In this document: positions 18,041 through 27,741 of the stretch, piece after piece
Layout of the letters: each line of letters begins with the position of its first letter
Numbering within the stretch: position 1 is the first letter of the stretch
Source of the DNA: Actinomycetes bacterium
Lineage (GTDB): Bacteria > Actinomycetota > Actinomycetes > S36-B12 > UBA5976
Length of the DNA stretch: 41,076 nt
Direction: 5' to 3'
Assembly (NCBI GenBank): GCA_046086025.1
Contig: JBJSWT010000013.1
Span: forward strand, 1 to 41,076
Position numbers and translations under genes: made by a program
The notes under the pieces: model-generated
The model's input: only the letters and a program-made list of their open reading frames with translations
Told to the model about the DNA's origin: nothing
Databases searched by the model: none

Positions 18041-19930
18041 ATGTCAGAAGTCGAACGTCACGATTTTGATGTCGTGATTGTTGGAGCAGGTGGTGCTGGA
18101 CTTCGTGCTGCAATTGAAGCAAGAGCAAATGGGTTAAGAACAGCAATTATTTGTAAATCTCTTTTTGGAAAAGCTCACACTGTAATGGCAGAAGGCGGTA
18201 TTGCTGCCTCAATGGGAAATGTGAATTCCAATGACAATTGGAAAGTACATTTCAGAGACACCATGCGTGGTGGAAAATTTCAAAATCATTGGAGAATGGC
18301 AGAACTTCATGCTAAAGAATCACCTGATCGAGTTTGGGAATTAGAAACTTACGGTGCACTATTTGATCGCACTAAAGATGGCAAAATTAGCCAAAGAAAT
18401 TTTGGTGGACACGAATACCCACGACTTGCTCACGTGGGAGATCGAACTGGACTTGAATTAATTAGAACTTTGCAACAAAAAATTGTTTCTTTGCAACAAG
18501 AAGATTTTAAAGAAAGTGGAGACTATGAAAAAAGACTCAAAGTTTTTGCTGAATTAACCATTACCGAGATATTAAAAACTGGAAATAAAGTAACTGGAGT
18601 TCTTGGCTATTGGAGAGAATCTGGAAAGTTTGTAATGTTTCAAGCCCCAGCCGTTGTTTTAGCAACTGGTGGAATTGGTAAATCTTTCAAAGTAACTTCA
18701 AATTCTTGGGAGGGTACTGGAGATGGGCATGCGCTGGCATTAAAAGCTGGTGGAAATCTAATGCATATGGAATTTGTGCAATTTCATCCAACTGGAATGG
18801 TTTGGCCACCAAGTGTCAAAGGAATTTTAGTAACAGAATCTGTTCGTGGTGATGGTGGAGTTTTGAAAAACTCTGAAGGTAAAAGATTTATGTTTAATTA
18901 CATTCCTGCGGTATTTAAAGATAAGTATGCAGAAACTGAACAAGAAGCAGATGGCTGGTATGAAAATCCTGATTCAAATAGAAGACCACCAGAATTATTA
19001 CCAAGAGATGAAGTTGCTCGTGCAATTAATGCTGAAGTAAAAGCTGGCAGAGGTTCACCTCATGGTGGAGTTTTCCTAGATGTTTCAACTCGTTTAAAAC
19101 CAGAAGTTATTAAAAAGAGATTGCCATCTATGTGGCATCAATTCAAAGAATTAGCAGATGTTGATATCACCGAACAACCAATGGAAGTTGGTCCAACTTG
19201 TCACTATGTAATGGGTGGAATTCAAGTTGATCCAGATACAGGTGCAGCAACAGGTGTGGAAGGTTTATTTGCTGCAGGTGAAGTTGCAGGTGGCATGCAT
19301 GGCTCAAATCGTTTAGGTGGAAATTCTTTATCTGATCTTTTAGTTTTTGGACGCCGAGCTGGAGTTGGCGCAAGTGAATATGTCAAAAACTTAAATAGCA
19401 GACCTAAAGTTGATGAACAAAATCTTGCAACTGCACTAAAAGATGCAGAAGCGCCATTGAATTCTTCAAACAAAGAAAATCCATATGCAATTCACCAAGA
19501 ATTGCAACAAATGATGAATGATCTAGTAGGAATCATTCGTGATGGTCAAGAAATGAAAGAAGCCATTGAAAAACTTGAAGTATTAAAGCAAAAAACTAAA
19601 AACTTAGGTGTTGATGGTGGAAAACAATTTAATCCAGGTTGGCATTTATCTCTAGATTTGCAAAATATGTTGTTAGTCAGTGAAACGATCGCAAAAAGTG
19701 CTTTGGCCAGAGAAGAATCTCGTGGTGGTCATACTAGAAATGATTTCCCAACTATGGATAAAAATTGGAGATCAAAACATGTTATTTGTTCCTGGAATGG
19801 TTCAAAAATAGAAACTAGAATTGAAACATTACCTTCAATGCCAAAAGAATTAGCAGAACTTTTTGACAAAGAAGAATTATCGAAATATATGTTGCCTGAA
19901 GAATTAGCTCAACTTGGAATGGGAGCCTAA
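18041..19930 (+). CDS. sdhA: Succinate dehydrogenase/fumarate reductase flavoprotein subunit
   Basis: FAD motif VVIVGAGGAGLRAA, catalytic HPTG region, and HYVMGGI and SRGGHTR motifs. Confidence 0.95.
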   Translation: MSEVERHDFDVVIVGAGGAGLRAAIEARANGLRTAIICKSLFGKAHTVMAEGGIAASMGNVNSNDNWKVHFRDTMRGGKFQNHWRMAELHAKESPDRVWELETYGALFDRTKDGKISQRNFGGHEYPRLAHVGDRTGLELIRTLQQKIVSLQQEDFKESGDYEKRLKVFAELTITEILKTGNKVTGVLGYWRESGKFVMFQAPAVVLATGGIGKSFKVTSNSWEGTGDGHALALKAGGNLMHMEFVQFHPTGMVWPPSVKGILVTESVRGDGGVLKNSEGKRFMFNYIPAVFKDKYAETEQEADGWYENPDSNRRPPELLPRDEVARAINAEVKAGRGSPHGGVFLDVSTRLKPEVIKKRLPSMWHQFKELADVDITEQPMEVGPTCHYVMGGIQVDPDTGAATGVEGLFAAGEVAGGMHGSNRLGGNSLSDLLVFGRRAGVGASEYVKNLNSRPKVDEQNLATALKDAEAPLNSSNKENPYAIHQELQQMMNDLVGIIRDGQEMKEAIEKLEVLKQKTKNLGVDGGKQFNPGWHLSLDLQNMLLVSETIAKSALAREESRGGHTRNDFPTMDKNWRSKHVICSWNGSKIETRIETLPSMPKELAELFDKEELSKYMLPEELAQLGMGA

Positions 19931-19932
19931 AT

Positions 19933-20688
19933 ATGGGTTATCTAGCAAAACTAAGAGTGTGGCGTGGCAACAAAGAAAAAGGTGAATTAAAAAACTATCA
20001 AGTAGATGTTGCTGAAGGTGAAGTTTTATTAGATGTAATTCATAGAATTCAAGCAACCGAAAGTCCAGATTTAGCAGTTAGGTGGAATTGCAAAGCTGGA
20101 AAATGCGGTTCATGTAGTGCTGAAATTAATGGCAAACCAAGTTTGATGTGCATGACCAGAATGAACACATTCGAAGAGGACCAAGAAATCACAGTAACAC
20201 CTTTAAGAACTTTCCCAGTGATTAAAGATTTAGTTACAGATGTTTCTTTTAATTACCAAAAAGCTCGTGAAGTTCCTGCGTTTAAAGGTCCAGACAATCT
20301 AAAGCCTGGCGAATACCGCATGCAGCAAGTTGATGTGGAAAGAAGTCAAGAATTTAGAAAATGCATTGAATGTTTCCTTTGCCAAGATGTTTGTCACGTT
20401 ATTAGAGATCACGAAGACAACAAACCAAAATTTGCCGGCCCAAGATTCTTTATTCGTTTAGCAGAACTAGATATGCATCCGTTAGACCAACTAGATCGTA
20501 AGAAAGAATCACAAGAAAATCATGGCTTAGGAATGTGTAACATCACAAAATGTTGTACAGAAGTATGCCCTGAACACATCAAAATTACTGATAATGCAAT
20601 TATTCCGATGAAAGAAAGAGTTGTTGATAAAAAATATGATCCGTTGGTTTGGTTAGGCCAAACAATTACTAGAAGAAAATCTAGTTAA
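19933..20688 (+). CDS. sdhB: Succinate dehydrogenase/fumarate reductase iron-sulfur subunit
   Basis: [2Fe-2S] motif [15 protein letters not shown], and ferredoxin-type clusters [11 protein letters not shown] and [12 protein letters not shown]. Confidence 0.95.
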   Translation: MGYLAKLRVWRGNKEKGELKNYQVDVAEGEVLLDVIHRIQATESPDLAVRWNCKAGKCGSCSAEINGKPSLMCMTRMNTFEEDQEITVTPLRTFPVIKDLVTDVSFNYQKAREVPAFKGPDNLKPGEYRMQQVDVERSQEFRKCIECFLCQDVCHVIRDHEDNKPKFAGPRFFIRLAELDMHPLDQLDRKKESQENHGLGMCNITKCCTEVCPEHIKITDNAIIPMKERVVDKKYDPLVWLGQTITRRKSS

Positions 20689-21677
20689 AACCCAACTTTT
20701 TCATAAACATTCTTTAAAGTTTGTGCAGCAACTTTTTCAGCTTTTTGCGCACCTTCCAGCATCAAATTAGTCAAAGTCAATTCATCATTTAGTAGGTTAT
20801 TTGTCTTTTCTCTAAAAGGATTAATTACTTGTTCAACTACGATTTCTCCAGCGTAAGTTTTTAAATCACCATAACCTTTATTCACGAAACTATCTTCAAT
20901 TTCTTGAATACTTTTATTTGTAACTGACTTAATAATCGATATTAAATTAGAAACTCCAGGTTTATTTTCTGGGTCATATTTAATATCTTTACCAGAATCT
21001 GTGACTGCTGTTTTAAATTTTTTCATCACTACACTTGGTTCATCCAAAATAAAAATGCATCCTGAAGGAGAAGATTTACTCATTTTGGAAGTTGGATCTT
21101 GTAAATCTAGAATTTTTGCAGTTTCTTTAACAATATAGGCTTCAGGAACAGTAAAGGTTTGTCCAAATTGATTATTAAATCTGGTTGCCAAATCTCTGGT
21201 TAGTTCTAAATGTTGACGTTGATCTTCACCAACTGGAACTTGATTTGCTTGATAAAGCAAAATATCTGCTGCTTGCAATATTGGGTAAGTAAACAAACCA
21301 ACTGAAGATCTTTCGCTTCCCCCTTTTTGAGTTTTATCTTTAAACTGAGTCATTCTGTTTGCTTCACCAAATCCTGTAAAGCAACTTAAAACCCAAGCAA
21401 GTTGAGCATGTTGGGGAACTTGGCTTTGGACAAAAATAGTGCTTTTAGTTGGATCTACTCCTACTGCTAAAAGTTGTGCAAAAGAAGTTATTGTTCTTTT
21501 CTTTAATAATTTTGGTTCAAATTCTGCAGTTATGGCATGTAAATCAACTACTGAATAAAAACAGTTATGGGTCTCTTGCATTTGAACCCATTGGCGAAGT
21601 GCACCAAACCAATTACCAATGTGGAAAGAATCTGCAGTTGGCTGTATGCCAGAAAGCACACTTGGTTTATTTACCAC
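20685..21677 (-). CDS. trpS: Tryptophan--tRNA ligase
   Basis: HIGH-class motif [13 protein letters not shown] motif, and SGIQPT at the N-terminus. GTG start. Confidence 0.95.
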   Translation of the reverse strand: MVNKPSVLSGIQPTADSFHIGNWFGALRQWVQMQETHNCFYSVVDLHAITAEFEPKLLKKRTITSFAQLLAVGVDPTKSTIFVQSQVPQHAQLAWVLSCFTGFGEANRMTQFKDKTQKGGSERSSVGLFTYPILQAADILLYQANQVPVGEDQRQHLELTRDLATRFNNQFGQTFTVPEAYIVKETAKILDLQDPTSKMSKSSPSGCIFILDEPSVVMKKFKTAVTDSGKDIKYDPENKPGVSNLISIIKSVTNKSIQEIEDSFVNKGYGDLKTYAGEIVVEQVINPFREKTNNLLNDELTLTNLMLEGAQKAEKVAAQTLKNVYEKVGF

Positions 21678-21742
21678 TTTTCACCGACTTTGAAATCATT
21701 AAGAATTATTTATATCCTACCCAAAAAAACAACAATATCGTT

Positions 21743-22915
21743 TTAGTGCTCGAACTTATGATTACTTTTTTCTGCTAAAACTGCTGCCAAAATCGTTGTT
21801 ATTGGAACAGCTAAAACTAAACCAATAGAACCAACCAAAGTTCGAACAATTTCTTGTGAAATTGCCTCACTACTCAAAATAAATTGTGTCGGCCTATCTG
21901 AAATAAATATCAGCAACAAAGTTGGTAAAGCAGCCCCTGTATAGGTAAAAAGTAGTGTGTACACAGTCGAAGCTATGTGATCTCTTCCAATTCTCATTCC
22001 TGATCGAAACAAGTCAAATATTGATAATTTTGGATTGGAATTCTTAATTTCCCACACAGAAGAAGCTTGAGTTACTGTTACATCATTTAAAACTCCAACT
22101 GAGGCAAAAATTATTCCTGCTAGAAGTAACCCATCAAGCCTTATTGATGTAACTCCAGATAGCAAGAAGTCGTCATCTGATGAAATTCCTGAAAAATTTC
22201 CAAAACTAATAACAATAGTCGATAAAATTGCAGTCAAAATAATTCCAAATAGTGTTCCTAATACTGCAACAGATGTTCGTATCGAAATCCCGTGCGCAAT
22301 GTATAAAAGAAATAAAACTAAACCACATGACGATATTACTGCGATCGTTAAGGGATCTTTACCTTCTAAAAGTGAAGGAAGAAGAAAAGTTAAAAGCACA
22401 AAAAATGTTGAAATTAACCCAACAATTGCGCCAAGTCCTCTGAGTTTTCCTATGATCAGAGTAATTACTGAAAAGATTAAAGCCACGATTATTAATAACT
22501 CAGTTCTGTCAACATCCATAAAAAGAAATACTTCTGAATCAAATTCGTTAGTCGGAATTCTCAGTAGTTGAACTTTTGAACCTTTGTCTAATTTATAATT
22601 TGTATTCGTGGAATCAAATTCAAACTCAATTGAAGTTTGAATTCCATCGCTATTCTTGTATTTTGCTTCATAGATTTCACAAGTTACAACTTGATTAGCT
22701 TCGGGACTTTGTGGAATTCCTACACAATCTTTATTTAATTCACCAACAACTTCTGCCAATACATATTCAGAACCTTCAACTGCGTCAAGATTACCTTCTA
22801 GTCGAAAAATATTTCCTTGAGGTAAATTTGTGATTACACCGATAAACACAAAAACAAAACTTGAAATAATAAGGCCTACAACTATCTTTGCTCTAGTAGT
22901 CAGTGATTTATTCAA
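21743..22915 (-). CDS. YibE/F-family integral membrane protein
   Basis: One N-terminal TM helix, an extracytoplasmic segment of about 110 aa, then at least six TM helices with NDVTVTQASSVWE and RIGRDHIASTVYTLLFTYTG blocks that I associate with YibE/F. It overlaps the upstream CNNM gene by 8 nt. Confidence 0.6.
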   Translation of the reverse strand: MNKSLTTRAKIVVGLIISSFVFVFIGVITNLPQGNIFRLEGNLDAVEGSEYVLAEVVGELNKDCVGIPQSPEANQVVTCEIYEAKYKNSDGIQTSIEFEFDSTNTNYKLDKGSKVQLLRIPTNEFDSEVFLFMDVDRTELLIIVALIFSVITLIIGKLRGLGAIVGLISTFFVLLTFLLPSLLEGKDPLTIAVISSCGLVLFLLYIAHGISIRTSVAVLGTLFGIILTAILSTIVISFGNFSGISSDDDFLLSGVTSIRLDGLLLAGIIFASVGVLNDVTVTQASSVWEIKNSNPKLSIFDLFRSGMRIGRDHIASTVYTLLFTYTGAALPTLLLIFISDRPTQFILSSEAISQEIVRTLVGSIGLVLAVPITTILAAVLAEKSNHKFEH

Positions 22916-24185
22916 TACGAGTTACCTTAACTTTTGCAATTCTTCGAATATCCATAGCAGTAATTTCAAACTTACATTGTTCAGCAATAATTATTTTTCC
23001 TAAAGTTGGCAGAGTTTTTAACTTTGAGATGACAAAACCTGCAACTGTTTCATATGGTCCTTCGGGTAAATGAATATGGGTTAAGTCTGCAAAATCATCA
23101 AGGTTCATTAAACCTTCAACTTCAACTTCTCCATGGAAATCAAGTTCATTTATTTCTTCTTTAACTTGATCGTTTTCATGACGGATATCACCTATTAACT
23201 CTTCAACTAAATCTTCTAGCGTAACAATTCCAGCGGTACCACCATATTCATCCGCCACAATCATGATGTGATGATTTCTTTTTCTCATTTGACCTAAAGC
23301 GTTCAAAATTGAAGTGGTGCCAGGAATTACTTCAACAGGTGAGGAAATCTCTTTTAGAGTTTTTGAAGAATTTCTAGCGTCATTAGATATTAATTGTCGA
23401 ATATGAACGTAACCTAAAATTTCATCAGCATTTTTATTGATTATCGGATATTTAGTATGAGGAAGTTTTTCTACTTTTTTACAAGCCTCAGCCAAGGTTA
23501 ATTCTGCATCCAAGAATTCAACTTCAGTTCGAGGAGTCATGACTTCTTTGATTTCTCGATCGTCTGCTTCAAATACATCATCGATTAAAGCTCGCTCATT
23601 ATCGCTTAACTCTTCATGGCCTGCTACTAAATCTCTTAAGTCTTCTCCACTTAATTCTTGTCTACTCGCAGTTGGATCTCCACCAAATAATCTGACAAGT
23701 AAATTTGTGGAATTACTCAAAAGCCAAATAAAAGGTCTACTGATTCTTGCAAGAATTTCAATTGGATAAACAGCTACCAATGCCCAACTTTCAGAATTTT
23801 GTAAGGCCAATCTTTTTGGTACAAGCTCACCTAAAACTAAAGAAAAATAAGAAATAAATAAAGTTATTAAAATGAAAGCCAAAACTGACACCACAGATTT
23901 TGGTAAAAATTGATCTAAAATTGGGGAAAGTACTGGAGTTAAACTTGATGCACCAAAACCTGCGCCAATAAATCCTGCAACAGTTACTCCAACTTGAACT
24001 GAAGCCAAAAATCTATTTGGATGATCATGCAATTCTTTTAATAAACGTCCACGTCTTCCCTTAGTCTCAGCTAATCTTTTTACTTGTGACTCTCTAACTG
24101 AAACTAAAGCAATTTCAGCAGCGGCAAAAAATCCGCCAATCATGATAAAGATTAAAACGATAAGGGCACTAACCCAAGTACTCAT
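22908..24185 (-). CDS. CNNM/CorC-type transporter (DUF21 - CBS pair - CorC_HlyC), annotated elsewhere as a hemolysin-family protein
   Basis: N-terminal four-TM DUF21 (AAAEIALVS), a CBS pair (VMTPRTEV..., IVADEYGGTAGIVTLEDLVEELIGDI) and a C-terminal transporter-associated domain. Confidence 0.88.
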   Translation of the reverse strand: MSTWVSALIVLIFIMIGGFFAAAEIALVSVRESQVKRLAETKGRRGRLLKELHDHPNRFLASVQVGVTVAGFIGAGFGASSLTPVLSPILDQFLPKSVVSVLAFILITLFISYFSLVLGELVPKRLALQNSESWALVAVYPIEILARISRPFIWLLSNSTNLLVRLFGGDPTASRQELSGEDLRDLVAGHEELSDNERALIDDVFEADDREIKEVMTPRTEVEFLDAELTLAEACKKVEKLPHTKYPIINKNADEILGYVHIRQLISNDARNSSKTLKEISSPVEVIPGTTSILNALGQMRKRNHHIMIVADEYGGTAGIVTLEDLVEELIGDIRHENDQVKEEINELDFHGEVEVEGLMNLDDFADLTHIHLPEGPYETVAGFVISKLKTLPTLGKIIIAEQCKFEITAMDIRRIAKVKVTRIE

Positions 24186-24219
24186 ATTTTTTTAATATTA
24201 CCTAAGTTAAGTTTTCGCT

Positions 24220-25431
24220 TTAGAGGCTTGAGTCTAGTTGGCGCTTAATTCCAGCCAAATATTCCTCAGTTGTTGCCCAAGCTTGCTCAGGACTGATCAA
24301 TCTTGCTAAATCTTTTGTCATTAATCCAGATTCAACAGTTTTAATACATGCTTGTTCTAATTTGTTTGCAAATCCAATTAGCTCTTTATTGTTATCTAAA
24401 GTTCCACGATGTTTTAACCCACCAGTCCAAGCAAAAATTGAGGCAATTGGATTTGTAGAAGTTGGTTGACCTGCTTGATATTTTCTGTAATGTCTAGTTA
24501 CAGTTCCATGTGCTGCCTCTGATTCAACAATCTTGCCATCTGGTGTCATTAAAACACTTGTCATTAAACCCAATGAACCAAAACCTTGCGCCACTGTGTC
24601 ACTTTGTACATCACCGTCATAATTCTTACAAGCCCAAACATATCCACCACTCCACTTCAAAGCAGTTGCAACCATGTCATCTATTAAACGATGTTCATAG
24701 GTTAATCCGTTTTGTTCAAATTCTTTTTTAAATTCATTTTCATAAATTTCTGCAAAGATGTCTTTAAATCTGCCATCATATGCTTTTAAAATTGTGTTTT
24801 TTGTCGACAAATAAACTGGATAATTTCTTGATAATCCATATCTAAATGAAGCTCTAGCAAAATCTTTAATGCTGTCATCAAAGTTATACATTCCCATAGC
24901 TACACCAGATTCTTTAAAGTTTGCTACTTCAAATTCCATCGGCTTTGAACCATCATCTGGTTGATAAGTAAGAGTAACTTTTCCAGGACCTGGAACTACA
25001 AAATCAGTTGCTTTGTATTGATCTCCATGTGCATGACGACCAATCACAATTGGTTTAGTCCAACTTGGTACCAGCCTTGGAATGTTAGAAATGATAATAG
25101 GTTCGCGAAAAATTACCCCACCTAAAATATTTCTAATAGTTCCATTAGGTGATTTCCACATTTTCTTTAAATTAAATTCTTTAACTCTTGCTTCGTCAGG
25201 AGTAATTGTTGCGCATTTAACTCCTACACCATGTTTCTTGATCGCATTTGCAGAATCAATTGTTACTTGATCATCTGTTTTATCTCTGTGTTCAATACTT
25301 AAATCGTAATATTCTAAATTGACATCTAAGTATGGCAAAATTAATTCATCTTTAATAAATTGCCAAATAATGCGAGTCATTTCATCGCCATCTAATTCAA
25401 CAACAGGATTTGCTACCTTAATTTTTGCCAT
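24220..25431 (-). CDS. icd: NADP-dependent isocitrate dehydrogenase (eukaryote-like homodimeric type, Icd1-like)
   Basis: [23 protein letters not shown]...KCATITPDE...SPNGTIRN is characteristic of the IDH1-type family. The start lies 8 nt after the mdh stop (TAAAGGAAAAAATG). Confidence 0.95.
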   Translation of the reverse strand: MAKIKVANPVVELDGDEMTRIIWQFIKDELILPYLDVNLEYYDLSIEHRDKTDDQVTIDSANAIKKHGVGVKCATITPDEARVKEFNLKKMWKSPNGTIRNILGGVIFREPIIISNIPRLVPSWTKPIVIGRHAHGDQYKATDFVVPGPGKVTLTYQPDDGSKPMEFEVANFKESGVAMGMYNFDDSIKDFARASFRYGLSRNYPVYLSTKNTILKAYDGRFKDIFAEIYENEFKKEFEQNGLTYEHRLIDDMVATALKWSGGYVWACKNYDGDVQSDTVAQGFGSLGLMTSVLMTPDGKIVESEAAHGTVTRHYRKYQAGQPTSTNPIASIFAWTGGLKHRGTLDNNKELIGFANKLEQACIKTVESGLMTKDLARLISPEQAWATTEEYLAGIKRQLDSSL

Positions 25432-25439
25432 TTTTTCCT

Positions 25440-26396
25440 TTAGAGATTCTTTACATCAGCTTGTTTAGTTCTTACTGCTTCAGCCGCAACTTTTAGAGCT
25501 GCCAATTCATCATCTGTTAATTTAGTTTCAACAACTTTATTAATTCCATTTTCACCAAGTTGTGCTTCCACTCCTAAATAAACTCCGTTAATTCCGTATT
25601 CGCCATCAACCCATGCACACACTGGCATAACTTTATTTGAATTTGTAGCAACTGCTTTTGCCATTTCAGCCGCTGCTGCACTTGGGGCATAGTAAGCAGA
25701 ACCAGTCTTTAAAAGTGCAACAACTTCTGCTCCACCATTTCGAGTGCGTTCAACTAATTTATCTATTTCTTCTTTTGCAAGAACTTCACTTAATGCTTTT
25801 CCTTTAACACTTGATTGACTTGGAACAGGAACCATAGTTTCACCATGAGAACCTAAAGTTAAAGTTTTAACTTCACTAATTAATGAACCTGTTTTTTCAG
25901 CAACAAAATATGAAAATCTTGCAGTATCTAACATTCCAGCTTGACCCATGACTTTGTTTTTGGAAAAACCTGTTGCAATCTGTGCAAGTGCTGTCATTTC
26001 ATCTAAAGGATTTGAAACTACGATCACTACAGAATTTGGTGCATGTTTGGCTATATTTTCTGAAACTTGTCGCACTATCTTTGCATTAGTTTCAATTAAA
26101 TCCATTCTGCTCATACCAGGTTTTCTTGGAAGTCCTGCAGTAATAATCACAATTGCAGAATCTTTAATTGCTTCATAACCACTGCCATCTAGCAAAGTTG
26201 TTTGGCCAATTATTTTTGTTTCAAAATTTTGTATGGGACTTGATTGATTCATATCAAGTGCTAAACCTTCAGCTTTACCTTCAACTACATCAGTTAAAAC
26301 CACAGTTTCAAAAATGTCATATTCTGCTAAACGCATTGCTGTAGTTGAGCCATAGAAACCTGCTCCAATTACTGCGACTTTGCCAGATCTAGCCAA
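25440..26396 (-). CDS. mdh: Malate dehydrogenase (LDH-like family)
   Basis: Rossmann motif [21 protein letters not shown] substrate loop and catalytic GSHG region. TTG start. Confidence 0.92.
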   Translation of the reverse strand: MARSGKVAVIGAGFYGSTTAMRLAEYDIFETVVLTDVVEGKAEGLALDMNQSSPIQNFETKIIGQTTLLDGSGYEAIKDSAIVIITAGLPRKPGMSRMDLIETNAKIVRQVSENIAKHAPNSVVIVVSNPLDEMTALAQIATGFSKNKVMGQAGMLDTARFSYFVAEKTGSLISEVKTLTLGSHGETMVPVPSQSSVKGKALSEVLAKEEIDKLVERTRNGGAEVVALLKTGSAYYAPSAAAAEMAKAVATNSNKVMPVCAWVDGEYGINGVYLGVEAQLGENGINKVVETKLTDDELAALKVAAEAVRTKQADVKNL

Positions 26397-26466
26397 GATT
26401 TATCACAAGCCCTTCAAAAGAATTTAAATTCTAAACATAATTCTAGTAAGGATTAAAGAAGTGAAT

Positions 26467-26817
26467 TTAAGAGGGCACAACTATTGAAAGAATTATTAAA
26501 AAAACTGAAAAAAGTGTTAAAACTGTTACATCAATCCATTTAGCTCGAACATATAGCCAGCCAAGTGAAAATCTTGGAAGTGATGCACGTAACACTGCAG
26601 AAACTGCCACTCCAAATGAGAAAACTAAAACTCCGATTCTAAAGTTCATTTGTGTAGCAAGAAATATTCCAAAAATCGTAATAGTCATTGGTAACAATGT
26701 TGGCCACTGTCTTCTAAATAATTTCTGCCAGCGATTTACTTTAATTTCAATATCATTATTTGAAATAGCTCTTAAATTTCTATTTTCTGAATTGGATGCT
26801 GGATTTGTCACAGGCAT
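26467..26817 (-). CDS. Small integral membrane protein, probably DUF3017
   Basis: 116 aa with three or four TM helices. A small membrane protein occupies the same position beside mdh in Streptomyces. The family call is by position and topology only. Confidence 0.45.
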   Translation of the reverse strand: MPVTNPASNSENRNLRAISNNDIEIKVNRWQKLFRRQWPTLLPMTITIFGIFLATQMNFRIGVLVFSFGVAVSAVLRASLPRFSLGWLYVRAKWIDVTVLTLFSVFLIILSIVVPS

Positions 26818-26826
26818 AAAATCACA

Positions 26827-27741
26827 CTACCTCAAATCACTAGCTAGATAGACAGCAAACAGCATCAATGCTGCTCCAAAAATTAAAGCCCAGCCCACAT
26901 TTATGTTTGCATTGGGCATGATCACATCTAAGAAAATAGAGGTTACAAGTTGACCAGCCACTGTTGCCAAACTAAAAAGTAATACACCTAAAGTCCTTAC
27001 CACTGCAGCTGCTAAATAAACCACAATCGCACCAAGAATTCCTGCCGTATAAAGCCACCATTGACTTGGCCAATTAATCCAATCTTTTCCAAAAAGATTC
27101 ATAATTATTAAAGTTATAGTTACTGCAAACATAGACATCGGAAAGTTTATGAATGCTGATACTTGAGAATTAGATGCTTTTGTAACTCGAGCATTTAGTG
27201 CAAATTGCATGGTAACTGCCAAACCTGCAACCACCACAGCAATTATTGGAATCCATAATATTTCGCCATTAAATTCAGATACAGAAAAAAATACGGCCAC
27301 TATGCCAATAGTCATTGCTAAAAATCTTTTTTTAGTTATATTTCTTTTTTTACCAGAGCTAAATCCAAACTTATCGACAAAAATTCCACTGATATTTTGT
27401 GAGGCAACTAATATAACTGTGAATAATCCAGTTCCAATGATGCTGACGGTACTTGATGCAGTAGAAATATAGATTGCTCCTGCAATTCCTCCCAAGAGTT
27501 GCCATTTAGCAAACTTCTTTTCTTTTACTTGGTTGATTAATTTTTTAAATTTACTTCTAACTTCTGGATTTAATAAAAATAAACTCATAAATATTGTGCC
27601 ACCAATATTTGAAATTAGAGCAGCCATAATTCCATCGTTTAATTCATGCGCTAATTGACCACTGACACTGGCTTGTAAAGTGGCGGCAACTCCTGCAATA
27701 AAAGCTAATGCGATTGAAAGTGGAATACTTGCTTTTTCAAT
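26827..27741 (-). CDS. DMT-superfamily membrane protein with two fused DUF606 (YdcZ-like) halves; start codon unresolved
   Basis: The track ORF starts at ATG 27627, but the frame stays open upstream to a TAA at 27765..27763. That stretch encodes a typical first DUF606 helix (IPLSIALAFIAGVAATLQASVSGQLAHELNDG). No ATG, GTG or TTG occurs in it; candidates are ATT 27741, ATT 27750 and CTG 27762. Confidence 0.6.
   Translation of the reverse strand: MEKASIPLSIALAFIAGVAATLQASVSGQLAHELNDGIMAALISNIGGTIFMSLFLLNPEVRSKFKKLINQVKEKKFAKWQLLGGIAGAIYISTASSTVSIIGTGLFTVILVASQNISGIFVDKFGFSSGKKRNITKKRFLAMTIGIVAVFFSVSEFNGEILWIPIIAVVVAGLAVTMQFALNARVTKASNSQVSAFINFPMSMFAVTITLIIMNLFGKDWINWPSQWWLYTAGILGAIVVYLAAAVVRTLGVLLFSLATVAGQLVTSIFLDVIMPNANINVGWALIFGAALMLFAVYLASDLR

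Noticed and set aside
21678-21742. Possible T-box leader upstream of trpS
   Set aside because: Only 65 nt are available, and I could find no specifier or antiterminator structure or T-box sequence.
26419-26432. Perfect 14-bp palindrome AGAATTTAAATTCT upstream of mdh
   Set aside because: It is made almost entirely of A and T in an AT-rich spacer, so it is expected by chance. There is no second copy or associated regulator gene.
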